A stretch of DNA of 35,494 nucleotides from Ilumatobacteraceae bacterium (GCA_031373465.1 JANMMQ010000056.1:1-35494), one strand, 5' to 3'. Shown: positions 24,955 through 33,698, counted from the first letter of the stretch. Numbers and translations are program-made. Notes: generated from the sequence alone by a model not told the origin.

Positions 24955-25773
24955 ATGGTCACCGGGTTCGTGCACCCCGGGGCGATGGGGGCGTCCCTGG
25001 CCGCGGCGTGCGATAGCGACCGTTTGTGGTGCGGCCACGGGCGGTCGGCAGCCACTCGAACGCGAGCCGAAGCGGCCGGGATGGAGGACGTCGGCTCGAT
25101 CGACGTCCTCGTGCGACGGGCGGACGTGATCGTCTCGGTCTGTCCACCGGCGTCCGCAACGGCTGTCGCCCGGTCGATCTCCTCGGCCGGCTTCGATGGC
25201 GTGTATGTCGATGTCAACGCTGTCTCACCGGCGACTGCTCGGGAGATCGCCAAGCTCTTCGAGCGATTCGTCGATGGCGGAGTTGTCGGCCCGCCTGTAC
25301 AGAAGCCGGGCGTCACCCGCCTGTATCTGTCGGGTGACGCTGCCGCACAGGTTGCTCAGCTGTGGGCAGGTTCACCGCTCGAGGCGCGGGTGATAGACGG
25401 TGGCCCGGGCGCCGCATCGGCGGTCAAGGTCTGCTTTGCGACGTGGACCAAAGGAAGTGCGGCGCTGCTGCTGGCCATCCGCGCTCTCGCCGAGGCCGAG
25501 TCGGTCGAGGACGCATTGCTCGCCGAGTGGTCAACGTCGATGCCCGACCTTGCCGGACAGTCGGAACGCGCGGCCTCCACCAACGCGCCAAAGGCGTGGC
25601 GCTTCGCCGGTGAGCTCGATGAGATCGCCGAGAGCTTCGCGGCACACGATCTGCCAGACGGATTTGGCCGCGCCGCCTCCGATGTCTACGGACGCATGTC
25701 CCGCTTCAAGAACGATTCGGATGTGACGCTGCGCGAAGTCATCGACGCACTCAGACATCCTGGTGACAGCTAG
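24955..25773 (+). CDS. NAD(P)-binding oxidoreductase (6-phosphogluconate-dehydrogenase-like N-domain / DUF1932-type C-domain)
   Basis: The gene starts 3 nt after the previous stop. It has a degenerate Rossmann motif GFVHPGAMGASLA. The C-terminal region reads AASAVKVCFATWTKGSAALLLA...PKAWRFAGELDEIAESF. Confidence 0.6.
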   Translation: MVTGFVHPGAMGASLAAACDSDRLWCGHGRSAATRTRAEAAGMEDVGSIDVLVRRADVIVSVCPPASATAVARSISSAGFDGVYVDVNAVSPATAREIAKLFERFVDGGVVGPPVQKPGVTRLYLSGDAAAQVAQLWAGSPLEARVIDGGPGAASAVKVCFATWTKGSAALLLAIRALAEAESVEDALLAEWSTSMPDLAGQSERAASTNAPKAWRFAGELDEIAESFAAHDLPDGFGRAASDVYGRMSRFKNDSDVTLREVIDALRHPGDS

Positions 25774-25811
25774 AGATTAGGTTCGCAGCAGCGAGAACGG
25801 AGCAACGACAG

Positions 25812-26549
25812 ATGGACAGACTCGACGGTCAGGTGGCGATCGTGACCGGCTCGTCGAGCGGGATCGGCGAAGCAACAGCGCGACGGCTTGCCGGTCTCGG
25901 TGCCAGCATCGTCGTCAATTCGTCCTCGTCGGTCGAAGCCGGTACTGCAGTCGCCGACTCCTTGCCGACAGCGTCGTTGTACGTTCAGGCCGACATCAGC
26001 GACCAGGCTCAAGGCGACGAACTGATCGCCCGTACGGTCGAACGTTTCGGTCAGCTCGACATTCTCGTCAACAACGCCGGTTGGACCACACGCGTCCCGC
26101 ACAGCGATCTCGAGGCGCTCACCGACGACATCTTCCGGAGGACGTTCGAGGTCAACGTCTTCGGGACGTGGTGGCTGACGAAGGCGGCCATGCCGCATCT
26201 CCGTCAATCGCTGACCGCGAACGTGGTGACGATCACCTCCATTGCCGGTCTCCGGCCAATCGGCTCGTCGATCGCTTACGCGATGTCCAAGGCTGCGCTG
26301 AACCACATGACGATGTTGCTCGCCAAAGCGTGCGCGCCAGTACGCGTCAATGCCGTCGCCCCAGGGCTGGTAGCCACACCCTGGACGTCGCAGTGGGAGG
26401 ACCAACATGCGGCGGTTGCGGCGACATCGCCGCTGCATCGTTCGGCAACGCCCGACGACTGCGCCGAGGCTGTGATCGGGTTGATTCGCAGCACCTACGT
26501 GACTGGACAAGTCGTGGTCGTGGACGGCGGCGCGACGCTGGTGGTCTGA
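25812..26549 (+). CDS. Short-chain dehydrogenase/reductase (SDR) family oxidoreductase
   Basis: TGSSSGIG cofactor motif, NNAG, and catalytic YAMSKAAL. The product is 245 aa. Confidence 0.9.
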   Translation: MDRLDGQVAIVTGSSSGIGEATARRLAGLGASIVVNSSSSVEAGTAVADSLPTASLYVQADISDQAQGDELIARTVERFGQLDILVNNAGWTTRVPHSDLEALTDDIFRRTFEVNVFGTWWLTKAAMPHLRQSLTANVVTITSIAGLRPIGSSIAYAMSKAALNHMTMLLAKACAPVRVNAVAPGLVATPWTSQWEDQHAAVAATSPLHRSATPDDCAEAVIGLIRSTYVTGQVVVVDGGATLVV

Positions 26550-26621
26550 CCCGGCGAGAACCAAGAGTCGATGATTGGAACAAGGGGGTTGGCGCAGCCC
26601 GGGAACGGGTACTGGCAGGCC

Positions 26622-27113
26622 ATGACACACGTCCTGATTGCCGTCGACGACAGTGACACATCCGTAGCTGCGGCCCACACCGCCTATCGACTGTTCGGCG
26701 ATTCGGCGCAGTACACATTGGTGAACGTGGCCGAGACCGCGCCGGTCGTCTGGGGGCATGATGGTCTTCGCTACGGGACCGCGTACCCGCTCTCGATCCC
26801 GGGCGCCGGCGTCATCGGCAGCGTCCCGTTCGTGGTTCGCACGCCGGACGAACCGGATCCATCGGCGGACCGCGTCGACGCCGCCGAGCGGACCGCAGAT
26901 GGCGTCGCCCATGAGGCCGGTCTGACCCAGGCGGAGTCGATCGGCGAAACCGGTGATCCAGCGGAAGCGATCTTGGAAGCCGCACGCACGCATCACGCCG
27001 ATGTGATCGTTGTGGGCACGCATCAGCGCGGTTGGTTCAAGCGTCTCGTCACGTCGTCGGTCAGTGACGATGTCATCCGCGATTCGGAAGTACCAGTCCT
27101 GGTGGCGCGCTGA
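26622..27113 (+). CDS. Universal stress protein (UspA family)
   Basis: This is the 3' part of ORF 26571..27113. ATG 26622 gives MTHVLIAVDDSDTSVAAAHTA...ADVIVVGTHQRGWFKRLVTSSVSDDVIRDSEVPVLVAR. Confidence 0.8.
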   Translation: MTHVLIAVDDSDTSVAAAHTAYRLFGDSAQYTLVNVAETAPVVWGHDGLRYGTAYPLSIPGAGVIGSVPFVVRTPDEPDPSADRVDAAERTADGVAHEAGLTQAESIGETGDPAEAILEAARTHHADVIVVGTHQRGWFKRLVTSSVSDDVIRDSEVPVLVAR

Positions 27114-27114
27114 C

Positions 27115-27939
27115 ATGGCTCGCTCACTGTGGACCGGCTCGATCAACTTCGGGTTGGTCAACGTGCCTGTCAAAGCCTTCACCGCCGTTCGCGACCACGA
27201 CGTGCACTTCCATCAACTCGACAAGAAGTCCGGCGCGCGCATCCGCTATCGCAAGGTTTCCGAGGAGACCGGCAAAGAGGTCGACAGCGATGACATCGCC
27301 CTCGGCTACGAGATCAAGAGCGGCAAGTACGTCACGTTCGACGAGAAGGAGATCGACGCGCTCCGTCCCCCGTCGAACAAGCTCATCGACGTCTCCGATT
27401 TCGTGGCCCTCGAAGAGATCGATCCGATCTACTACGAGAACACCTATTGGCTCGCGCCCGATGGCGAGGGCGCGAAGAAGAGCTATGGGCTGCTGCTGGC
27501 CGCGATGGAGGAAGAGGATCGGGTGGGCATCGGCACAGTGGTGCTACGCGACCGCCAACACCTTGCCGCAGTGCGCCCGCTCGACGGAGCGCTGGCGATG
27601 TCGACCATGCGCTTTGCGGACGAGATCGTGAAGCGATCAGAGATCGATGGAATGCCGAGGAGGACCAAGCCCGACCCCAAGGCTCTGCGTATGGCGAAGC
27701 AGTTGATCGAAGGCCTGTCGAGCGAGTGGGATCCCGCCCTGTACCACGACACGTATACGGAATCTCTACGTAAGCGGATTGCCGCCAAGAACTCGGGTAA
27801 GGAGATCGTCGAGACGGCAGAGAAGCCGGAGGGTCGCGTGCTCGATCTGATGGCTGCATTGGAGGCCAGCGTCGATGCTGCGAAGAAGCGGCGCGAGCCG
27901 CGAAAGGTGTCGCGGAAGGTCGCTCGAAAGGCCGGATAG
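27115..27939 (+). CDS. ku: Non-homologous end joining protein Ku
   Basis: ATG 27115 lies 1 nt after the USP stop. The product begins MARSLWTGSINFGLVNVPVKAFTAVRDHDVHFHQLDKKSGARIRYRKV, the canonical bacterial Ku N-terminus. It has a basic C-terminal tail. Confidence 0.9.
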   Translation: MARSLWTGSINFGLVNVPVKAFTAVRDHDVHFHQLDKKSGARIRYRKVSEETGKEVDSDDIALGYEIKSGKYVTFDEKEIDALRPPSNKLIDVSDFVALEEIDPIYYENTYWLAPDGEGAKKSYGLLLAAMEEEDRVGIGTVVLRDRQHLAAVRPLDGALAMSTMRFADEIVKRSEIDGMPRRTKPDPKALRMAKQLIEGLSSEWDPALYHDTYTESLRKRIAAKNSGKEIVETAEKPEGRVLDLMAALEASVDAAKKRREPRKVSRKVARKAG

Positions 27940-27942
27940 TCG

Positions 27943-29529
27943 ATGGCGCAGAAGTCGACCCGCCAGCCGCGCAAGTCGATGGCCGCGCCCGAGCGCCTGA
28001 AGCGCTATCGCCAGAAGCGCAACTTCGACGTCACGTCGGAGCCCGCCGGATCATCAGCGCCCGTCGGGGATGGTCATCGCTTCGTGGTGCAACGTCACCG
28101 GGCCTCGCGTTTGCACTACGACTTTCGGCTGGAAGCCGGCGGGGTCTTGCTGAGTTGGGCGGTTCCCAAGGGTCCGACACTGGACCCAGATGTGAAGCGC
28201 ATGGCCGTCCGCGTCGAGGACCACCCGCTGGAGTACTTCGACTTCGAGGGGGTGATCCCGAAAGGCAAGTACGGCGGCGGCGACGTGATCGTGTGGGACT
28301 GGGGCACATGGGAGATCACGGATGGCGCCGACCCGATCGCGGCCACTGAAGCGGGCGACCTGCACTTCGACTTGTACGGCCAGAAGCTCCGCGGTCATTT
28401 CGCACTGGTCCGACGCGGGCCGCGAGGCAGTAAGGAGCAGTGGCTGCTGCTGAAGAAACATGACGAACGCGCGGTCAAGGGGTGGGACGCCGAGGATTTC
28501 CCTTGGTCGGTCAAGAGCGGACGTACCAACGACGAGGTGAAGTCCGCACCCGCAGCCACATGGTCGAGCAACTCGATCTGGTCGGCACCCAGCGCCGACG
28601 AGTTGGCAGCACTCGACTCCTTGGGCATGAAGGGCACGTGGGAGTTCGCCGGGCAGAAACTGCAACTCACGAACCTCAACAAGGTCCTGTTCCCCGACAA
28701 GGGTCCCTTCAGTGCCGTGACGAAGCGTGACCTGATACGCCACAACGCATGTTTGGCCCCGGCGATGTTGCCGTACCTCGTCAGCCGCCCGGTGAACCTG
28801 CACCGCTACCCCGACGGTATCGACAAGCCGGGCTTCTGGCACAAGGCCGTCCCAAAGCATGCGCCTGAATGGCTGCAGCGCTGGCACAACAATGAGGCGG
28901 ACCCGGGCGAGACGCAGGAGTACCTCGTGCTCGATTCGCCGGCGGCGTTGGCTTGGGTCGCCAACTACGGGGCGATCGAACTGCACCCGTGGACCTCGAC
29001 CATCCAACATTCTCGTCAACCCACGTGGGCGATGATCGACATCGACCCCGGCGAATCGAGCGACTTCGAGGACGTCCTCGTGCTGGCACGTCTGCACCGC
29101 ACGGCCCTAGAGCACATCGGTATCAAAGCGATGCCGAAGGTCACGGGCAAGCGCGGGATCCAGATCTGGGTCCCGGTCGCTGACGGTCTCACCTTTGACG
29201 ACACGCGGGCGTGGGTGGAGCGCTTGTCGCGAACGATCGGCGACGCTGTTCCCGACATGGTGAGTTGGGAATGGGAGGTTGCCAAACGTGGAGGCCGGAT
29301 ACGTCTCGACTTCACGCAGAACGCGATCAACAAGACTCTTGTTGCACCGCTCAGCACCCGGCCGGCGCCAGGGGCTCCGGTGTCGGTACCGATCACCTGG
29401 GACGAGCTCGATGACTCTGACCTTCGACCCGACCGTTGGACGATCGACAACATCGCTGAACGGCTCGCGACCGCCGGAGACCCACTGGCTCCGCTCATCG
29501 GCCTGAAGCAGCGTTTGCCAAGTCTTTAG
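27943..29529 (+). CDS. ligD: LigD-type protein with 3'-phosphoesterase and primase-polymerase domains, and no ATP-dependent ligase domain
   Basis: PE domain: RFVVQRHRASRLHYDFRLEAGGVLLSWAVPKGPTLDP...GDVIVWD. Pol domain: LQLTNLNKVLFP...WAMIDIDPG...MPKVTGKRGIQIWVP. I found no adenylation KxDG motif in the 528 aa. The gene starts 3 nt after the Ku stop. Confidence 0.85.
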   Translation: MAQKSTRQPRKSMAAPERLKRYRQKRNFDVTSEPAGSSAPVGDGHRFVVQRHRASRLHYDFRLEAGGVLLSWAVPKGPTLDPDVKRMAVRVEDHPLEYFDFEGVIPKGKYGGGDVIVWDWGTWEITDGADPIAATEAGDLHFDLYGQKLRGHFALVRRGPRGSKEQWLLLKKHDERAVKGWDAEDFPWSVKSGRTNDEVKSAPAATWSSNSIWSAPSADELAALDSLGMKGTWEFAGQKLQLTNLNKVLFPDKGPFSAVTKRDLIRHNACLAPAMLPYLVSRPVNLHRYPDGIDKPGFWHKAVPKHAPEWLQRWHNNEADPGETQEYLVLDSPAALAWVANYGAIELHPWTSTIQHSRQPTWAMIDIDPGESSDFEDVLVLARLHRTALEHIGIKAMPKVTGKRGIQIWVPVADGLTFDDTRAWVERLSRTIGDAVPDMVSWEWEVAKRGGRIRLDFTQNAINKTLVAPLSTRPAPGAPVSVPITWDELDDSDLRPDRWTIDNIAERLATAGDPLAPLIGLKQRLPSL

Positions 29530-29569
29530 CCGTCATACCGCATCGACGTCGGGCAAAAGTAGCCAGCTG

Positions 29570-29962
29570 TCAGAGTGAATTCGGTCCTTCGACGTATTCG
29601 GGCTCGTGAATCACGTTCAGCGCTTTGGTGAGGCCGGTGACCTGTAAGAGGCGCTGGACCCGACCGTGTGGATTAACCAATTCGTAGGTGACACCGCGCT
29701 GCTCGGCAGCCTTGGCGCCCAGAATGATTGCCTTGATCGCCGATGAGTCGGCGAAGGTGAGGCCCGACAGCTGGAGCCTGAGGATCGGGCGGCCGGCGTC
29801 GGCTGCGTCGACCAGCACCTGCGCAACACGGTCGGCGTCAGCCATGTCGAGCTCACCCGTAACGGTCACGGCGACGTAGTTGGGGGTCGTTTCAACGTTG
29901 ACTGTGCATGTACTGAGCTGTACGCGGGAAGGCACGATGGCCGAACCTGAGCTGTCTTCCAT
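29570..29962 (-). CDS. STAS-domain anti-sigma-factor antagonist (RsbV/SpoIIAA-like)
   Basis: This is the last 130 aa of ORF 29570..30634, from ATG 29962 with GGAGGA 4 nt upstream. It reads VAVTVTGELDMADADRVAQVL...LRLQLSGLTFADSSAIKAIILGAKAAEQRGVTYELVNP...RLLQVTGL. Confidence 0.8.
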   Translation of the reverse strand: MEDSSGSAIVPSRVQLSTCTVNVETTPNYVAVTVTGELDMADADRVAQVLVDAADAGRPILRLQLSGLTFADSSAIKAIILGAKAAEQRGVTYELVNPHGRVQRLLQVTGLTKALNVIHEPEYVEGPNSL

Positions 29963-30160
29963 CCGTCCTCCGAGCGGGATCTGGGCACGGCGTATGCGAG
30001 ATGTGGTTGGGACCGTACAGTCGTACCGCCAAGGGGTCAATATCACCCTGTTGAGCGACAGGTCTGGATCAGTGATCTGGGTACCTTGAAAAGATGATCG
30101 AGCATAACGACTACGAGATCTGACGGCTGCGCCGTCCTGGCCGAGTGAAAGTATCTCCTC

Positions 30161-30698
30161 GTGAGTGCCGTGCGGAGCCGCCGCCGACTTCCCGTGACGA
30201 TCGTGATCGTCGGCCTCGTCGTCACCGCCGCCTTGGCCGTTGGCAGCCCCGCTTACATCCACCCGTTGGGCGACGAGTTCTATCGGGTCGAGCTCGCCCT
30301 CGGTGGTCACCCGCAGCCGCTGCTTCGCCACCGCGATGGCACGGTGGAATCCGTGGGGACACTGGCACGTTGCTCGGCATGATCGAACCAACCCTGTCGA
30401 CCACGGCGGTCGATCTCGCGCCCGGCGATCCTTCGTCTTCTTCACGGGTCTCACCGACGCCCCGGCCGAAGAAGCAGTCTCGGTCGACGAGCTCGCTGAT
30501 CTGTTGAATGTGCTAGGCGGACAGTCGATCGAGGATCTGGTCGACTCGATCCGAGCCCTCGAGCGTGCCCGACGGCCGCACGGCAGTGGCGACGACACCG
30601 CCCTGCTGATCCTGAGGATCGACGGATCAGGCACCTTCTCGGAAACGCGTGAACCGCAGTCGGCTGGTCAACCGGCGACATCTGGTGGCTCACGGTAG
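30161..30698 (+). pseudogene. Decayed PP2C/SpoIIE-family (RsbU-like) serine phosphatase: internal deletion plus two frameshifts
   Basis: Three reading frames in succession give collinear pieces of the C-terminal half of a SpoIIE domain.
- The 30161 frame: TM helix, ...LGDEFYRVELALGGHPQPLLRHRDGTVESVG.
- The 30145 frame: GTLLGMIEPTLSTTAVDLAPGD.
- The 30240 frame: FVFFTGLTDAPAEE...GDDTALLILRI.

The frame switches are near 30355 and 30428. The central metal-binding part (GDVxGHG) is missing. Confidence 0.55.
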
Positions 30699-30765
30699 AG
30701 ACCGTTTGAGGCGGCATGTAACACGCCTTGCATCGCAGTTGACTCGGATCAGGAACTGACGTTCG

Positions 30766-32469
30766 TTGACCGGTCGAATGTTTAGTGATGCGGCGGACTG
30801 GCCCACCACTCCCGGTGCGTACGACACGACCTTCAACAACGGTGACGGGTATGTGACGAAGCTGGACCCTGCCGGTTCGGCATTGGTGTATTCGACGTTC
30901 GTCGGCGGGTCGGACTTCGACAACTTCAGCGGCATCGTGCTCGACCCGGCCGGTAACGCGTGGCTGACAGGCGGGTCAAGTTCCGCCGACTTCCCGGTGA
31001 CTCCCGGAGCGCCCGACACAACGTTGAACGGTGCCGGTGATGTCACGATTGCCGAGCTCAACTCCACCGGGTCGTCGCTGCTCTTCGCGACGTTCCTCGG
31101 CGGCTCGCGAGGCGATGGCGGATATGACATTGCTCGCGATCCGAACGGCAACATCTACGTCACCGGGGCGACCTTTTCGCAAGACTTCCCGGCGACGGTC
31201 GGAGCATACGACCGAGTGTGGAACGGTGACATCTCGATCTTCTGGGGCGACGCGTTCGTCACGAAGATCGACATCAACGCGAACGGTTCCACGCCACCGT
31301 CGCCGCCCGGCGTACCCGTCGCTCCGACGCTCGTGTCTCCTTCGAACGCCTCGTCAGTGCCGCAACCGATCACGTTCGACTGGAACGACGTGCCCGAGGC
31401 GGTTTCATACACGATCCAGATCGACGACTCGAGCGGGTTTACTGCTCCGCTCGTGCGCGACCAGAGCATGACCTCGTCGATCTACGCCACCAGCGATCTT
31501 GCCACGACGACACACTTCTGGCGCGTCCGCGGAGTCAACTCGGCCGGCGCGGCCGGCGCGTGGTCGGCCGTACGCAGCTTCACGCCCGAGACGCCGCCAC
31601 CGCCTGCTTCACTTTCGACTCTGGACATCAACCCGTCGTCGGTGGAGGGCGGAACCTCGGCGGCCGGCACTGTCGTCATGAGTAACGGCGCAACAAACGG
31701 CGCTGTGGTCTCGCTCTCGAGCAGCAACCCGTCCGTTGCCAGCGTCCCGGCAACGACGACCGTTGCGCCCAACGGATTCACGGGGACTTTCACCGTCACG
31801 ACATCGGCCGTTGCCGCCAGCACTCCTGTGACGATCACTGCCAGTTACAACGGTGACACTCGCACCGCTCCCTTGACTGTCACACCGGCCGGGGCGGGAG
31901 TGACACTACAAAGTGTCACCGTGAGCCCGTCGAGCGTGACCGGGGGGAACCCCACCTCTGCGTTCGTCTCGCTGTCCGGTGGAGCACCGCCGGGTGGTGC
32001 GGCCGTGGCGCTGTCGAGCAGCAACCCGAGCGTCGTCAGCATCCCGGCCAGCGTGACTGTCACGGAAGGCACCACGGCACGGGGATTCACGGTCACGACG
32101 ACCAGCGTTACGACGACGACGTCAGTCACCATCACGGCTACGTACAACGGAACATCGGTCACGGCGACCGCGACCGTCACGCCGGGCGCTCCGCCGCCAC
32201 CACCTCCGCCACCGTCTGAAAACGTGACGCTGACCCTGACGGCTACGGGCCGTGGAGGCGAGACCGTCGTGTCCACACCCGCTGGTATCAGCGTGTCAAC
32301 CGGCAACACCGGCACGGCATCGTTCGCCAGCGGCACCTCCGTCACGTTGAAGGTGTCGAGCGGCCGAGACGTTGTCTGGTCCGGAGCCTGCTCGAGTGGC
32401 GGCATCAAGACGAAGACCTGCACGTTCACCATCAGCGCCAACGCATCGGTCACCGCCAACATCCAATGA
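30766..32469 (+). CDS. SBBP (beta-propeller) repeat protein with an Fn3-like domain, two ~95-aa Ig-like tandem repeats, a poly-Pro linker and a C-terminal InlB-B-repeat-like domain; apparently 5'-truncated
   Basis: The ORF opens immediately after an in-frame TGA (30757..30759), at TTG 30766 or ATG 30778. The protein starts mid-repeat (FSDAADWPTTPGAYDTTFNNGDGYVTKLDPAGSALVYSTFVGGS...DPNGNIYVTGATFSQDFPATVGAYD) and has no signal peptide. The Ig-like repeats are at 31606..31890 and 31891..32187. The PPPPPPPP tract is at about 32190..32215. The C-terminus reads VVWSGACSSGG...TCTFTI...SVTANIQ. Confidence 0.7.
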   Translation: MTGRMFSDAADWPTTPGAYDTTFNNGDGYVTKLDPAGSALVYSTFVGGSDFDNFSGIVLDPAGNAWLTGGSSSADFPVTPGAPDTTLNGAGDVTIAELNSTGSSLLFATFLGGSRGDGGYDIARDPNGNIYVTGATFSQDFPATVGAYDRVWNGDISIFWGDAFVTKIDINANGSTPPSPPGVPVAPTLVSPSNASSVPQPITFDWNDVPEAVSYTIQIDDSSGFTAPLVRDQSMTSSIYATSDLATTTHFWRVRGVNSAGAAGAWSAVRSFTPETPPPPASLSTLDINPSSVEGGTSAAGTVVMSNGATNGAVVSLSSSNPSVASVPATTTVAPNGFTGTFTVTTSAVAASTPVTITASYNGDTRTAPLTVTPAGAGVTLQSVTVSPSSVTGGNPTSAFVSLSGGAPPGGAAVALSSSNPSVVSIPASVTVTEGTTARGFTVTTTSVTTTTSVTITATYNGTSVTATATVTPGAPPPPPPPPSENVTLTLTATGRGGETVVSTPAGISVSTGNTGTASFASGTSVTLKVSSGRDVVWSGACSSGGIKTKTCTFTISANASVTANIQ

Positions 32470-32497
32470 CTTAGCCGCCGTTCACTAGCCTGACTCG

Positions 32498-33157
32498 GTG
32501 GACGATCCAGTCACGCAGGTGCGGCCGGAAGATGCCGCGACCCGCAGTCGAGTAGTGGTGGTCATCACCACTGCCATCGGCGCGGGCGTGCTCGCCTGGG
32601 GTTTGCGGGCCCACCCGGGCAGCGGCACCTTCTACGCGGCCACGTTGGCTGTCGCGGCGATCTGGACACTCGGTGGCGTCCTTGCCGGTCCACTTCACCT
32701 CGGCTGGACCACGCACGACGGTCAACTCCGCCGTCCAGTCGTCGGCCCAATCCTCGCGGGCGCAGCGCTGGCGGCGGTCTTCATTGTCGGAGCCCTGGTG
32801 GTTCGAAACGTCGCAGTGCTGGCTGATCTGGTCGAAAGCATTCTCACCTATGCACGCACTGGCTGGTGGCCTGGTGTACTCGCGCTGACGATCGCCAACG
32901 GAGTCGCCGAAGAGGTCTTCTTCCGCGGTGCACTTCAATCAGCCTTGCCACAGCGTCTGCAATTGCCCGGAACAGTCGTCGTCTACGCCTTGGTGACGAT
33001 GGCGACAGGCAACATCATGCTCGGCGCGGCTTCGGTCGTCTTGGGGATCATCGTCGGCCTGCAACGCCGATCGACGGATGGAATTCTCGCACCGGCATTG
33101 ACCCATGTCACATGGTCGGTGTCGATGCTTCTATTCCTTCCGCTCGTATTTCGCTAG
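32498..33157 (+). CDS. CPBP-family intramembrane glutamic endopeptidase (CAAX protease-like)
   Basis: GTG start. The product is multi-pass hydrophobic, with GVAEEVFFRGAL (EExxxR motif) and a distal THVTWS His motif. Confidence 0.75.
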   Translation: MDDPVTQVRPEDAATRSRVVVVITTAIGAGVLAWGLRAHPGSGTFYAATLAVAAIWTLGGVLAGPLHLGWTTHDGQLRRPVVGPILAGAALAAVFIVGALVVRNVAVLADLVESILTYARTGWWPGVLALTIANGVAEEVFFRGALQSALPQRLQLPGTVVVYALVTMATGNIMLGAASVVLGIIVGLQRRSTDGILAPALTHVTWSVSMLLFLPLVFR

Positions 33158-33197
33158 ACGTGCTTACCCTTGGGGTATTCGGGTATCCCCTTCGACG

Positions 33198-33698
33198 ATG
33201 GCGATCTTCACTGCGCGCAACGTTTCCGCGTCCCTCGTTCCTGTCAGCGCGGAACGAATCTGGACTCACATCTCCGATCCAGTCTCGTTGACGGCGCTCA
33301 CTCCTTTAGTCCGTTCGATAGTCGTGGATGGGAATCTGTGGCGTTGGCAGCTCGCCGGCATCGAGGCTCTCGGTGTTCATGTGGCGCCTGCGTTCACCGA
33401 GCGAATGGAGTTCATCGAACCTCGCCTCATCCGCTTCAACCACCAGGCACGCGAGGGCGAGCACGAACGGGCCGGCGCAGACGGAACGTACGAACTGACG
33501 CCACAGGGTGACGGCACGGAGCTCAAGGTGGACATTGCGCTGACGATCGAGCTGCCACTGCCCCGCCTGTCGGCAGTCGCGGTCGAAAAAGTGATGAAGA
33601 CCTCGATGCAACGAACCGGCAAGAGGTTCGCAGTCAATCTCTACCATCGACTCGGACTGGATCCCTCGACCATCACGATCAAGCAGTTGCGCGGATGA
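33198..33698 (+). CDS. SRPBCC-family (polyketide cyclase/dehydrase-like) protein
   Basis: This is the 3' part of ORF 33105..33698. ATG 33198 gives MAIFTARNVSASLVPVSAERIWTHISDPVSLTALTPLV... The length (166 aa) and pattern are typical of the SRPBCC fold. Confidence 0.6.
   Translation: MAIFTARNVSASLVPVSAERIWTHISDPVSLTALTPLVRSIVVDGNLWRWQLAGIEALGVHVAPAFTERMEFIEPRLIRFNHQAREGEHERAGADGTYELTPQGDGTELKVDIALTIELPLPRLSAVAVEKVMKTSMQRTGKRFAVNLYHRLGLDPSTITIKQLRG

Noticed and set aside
25770-27182. A 470-aa minus-strand ORF.
   Set aside because: It is antisense to the SDR and USP genes, which have clear family motifs. Its Arg/Pro/Gly/His-rich composition is typical of spurious open frames in high-GC DNA.
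28054-29097. A 347-aa minus-strand ORF.
   Set aside because: It is antisense to the LigD phosphoesterase/polymerase gene, which has diagnostic motifs.
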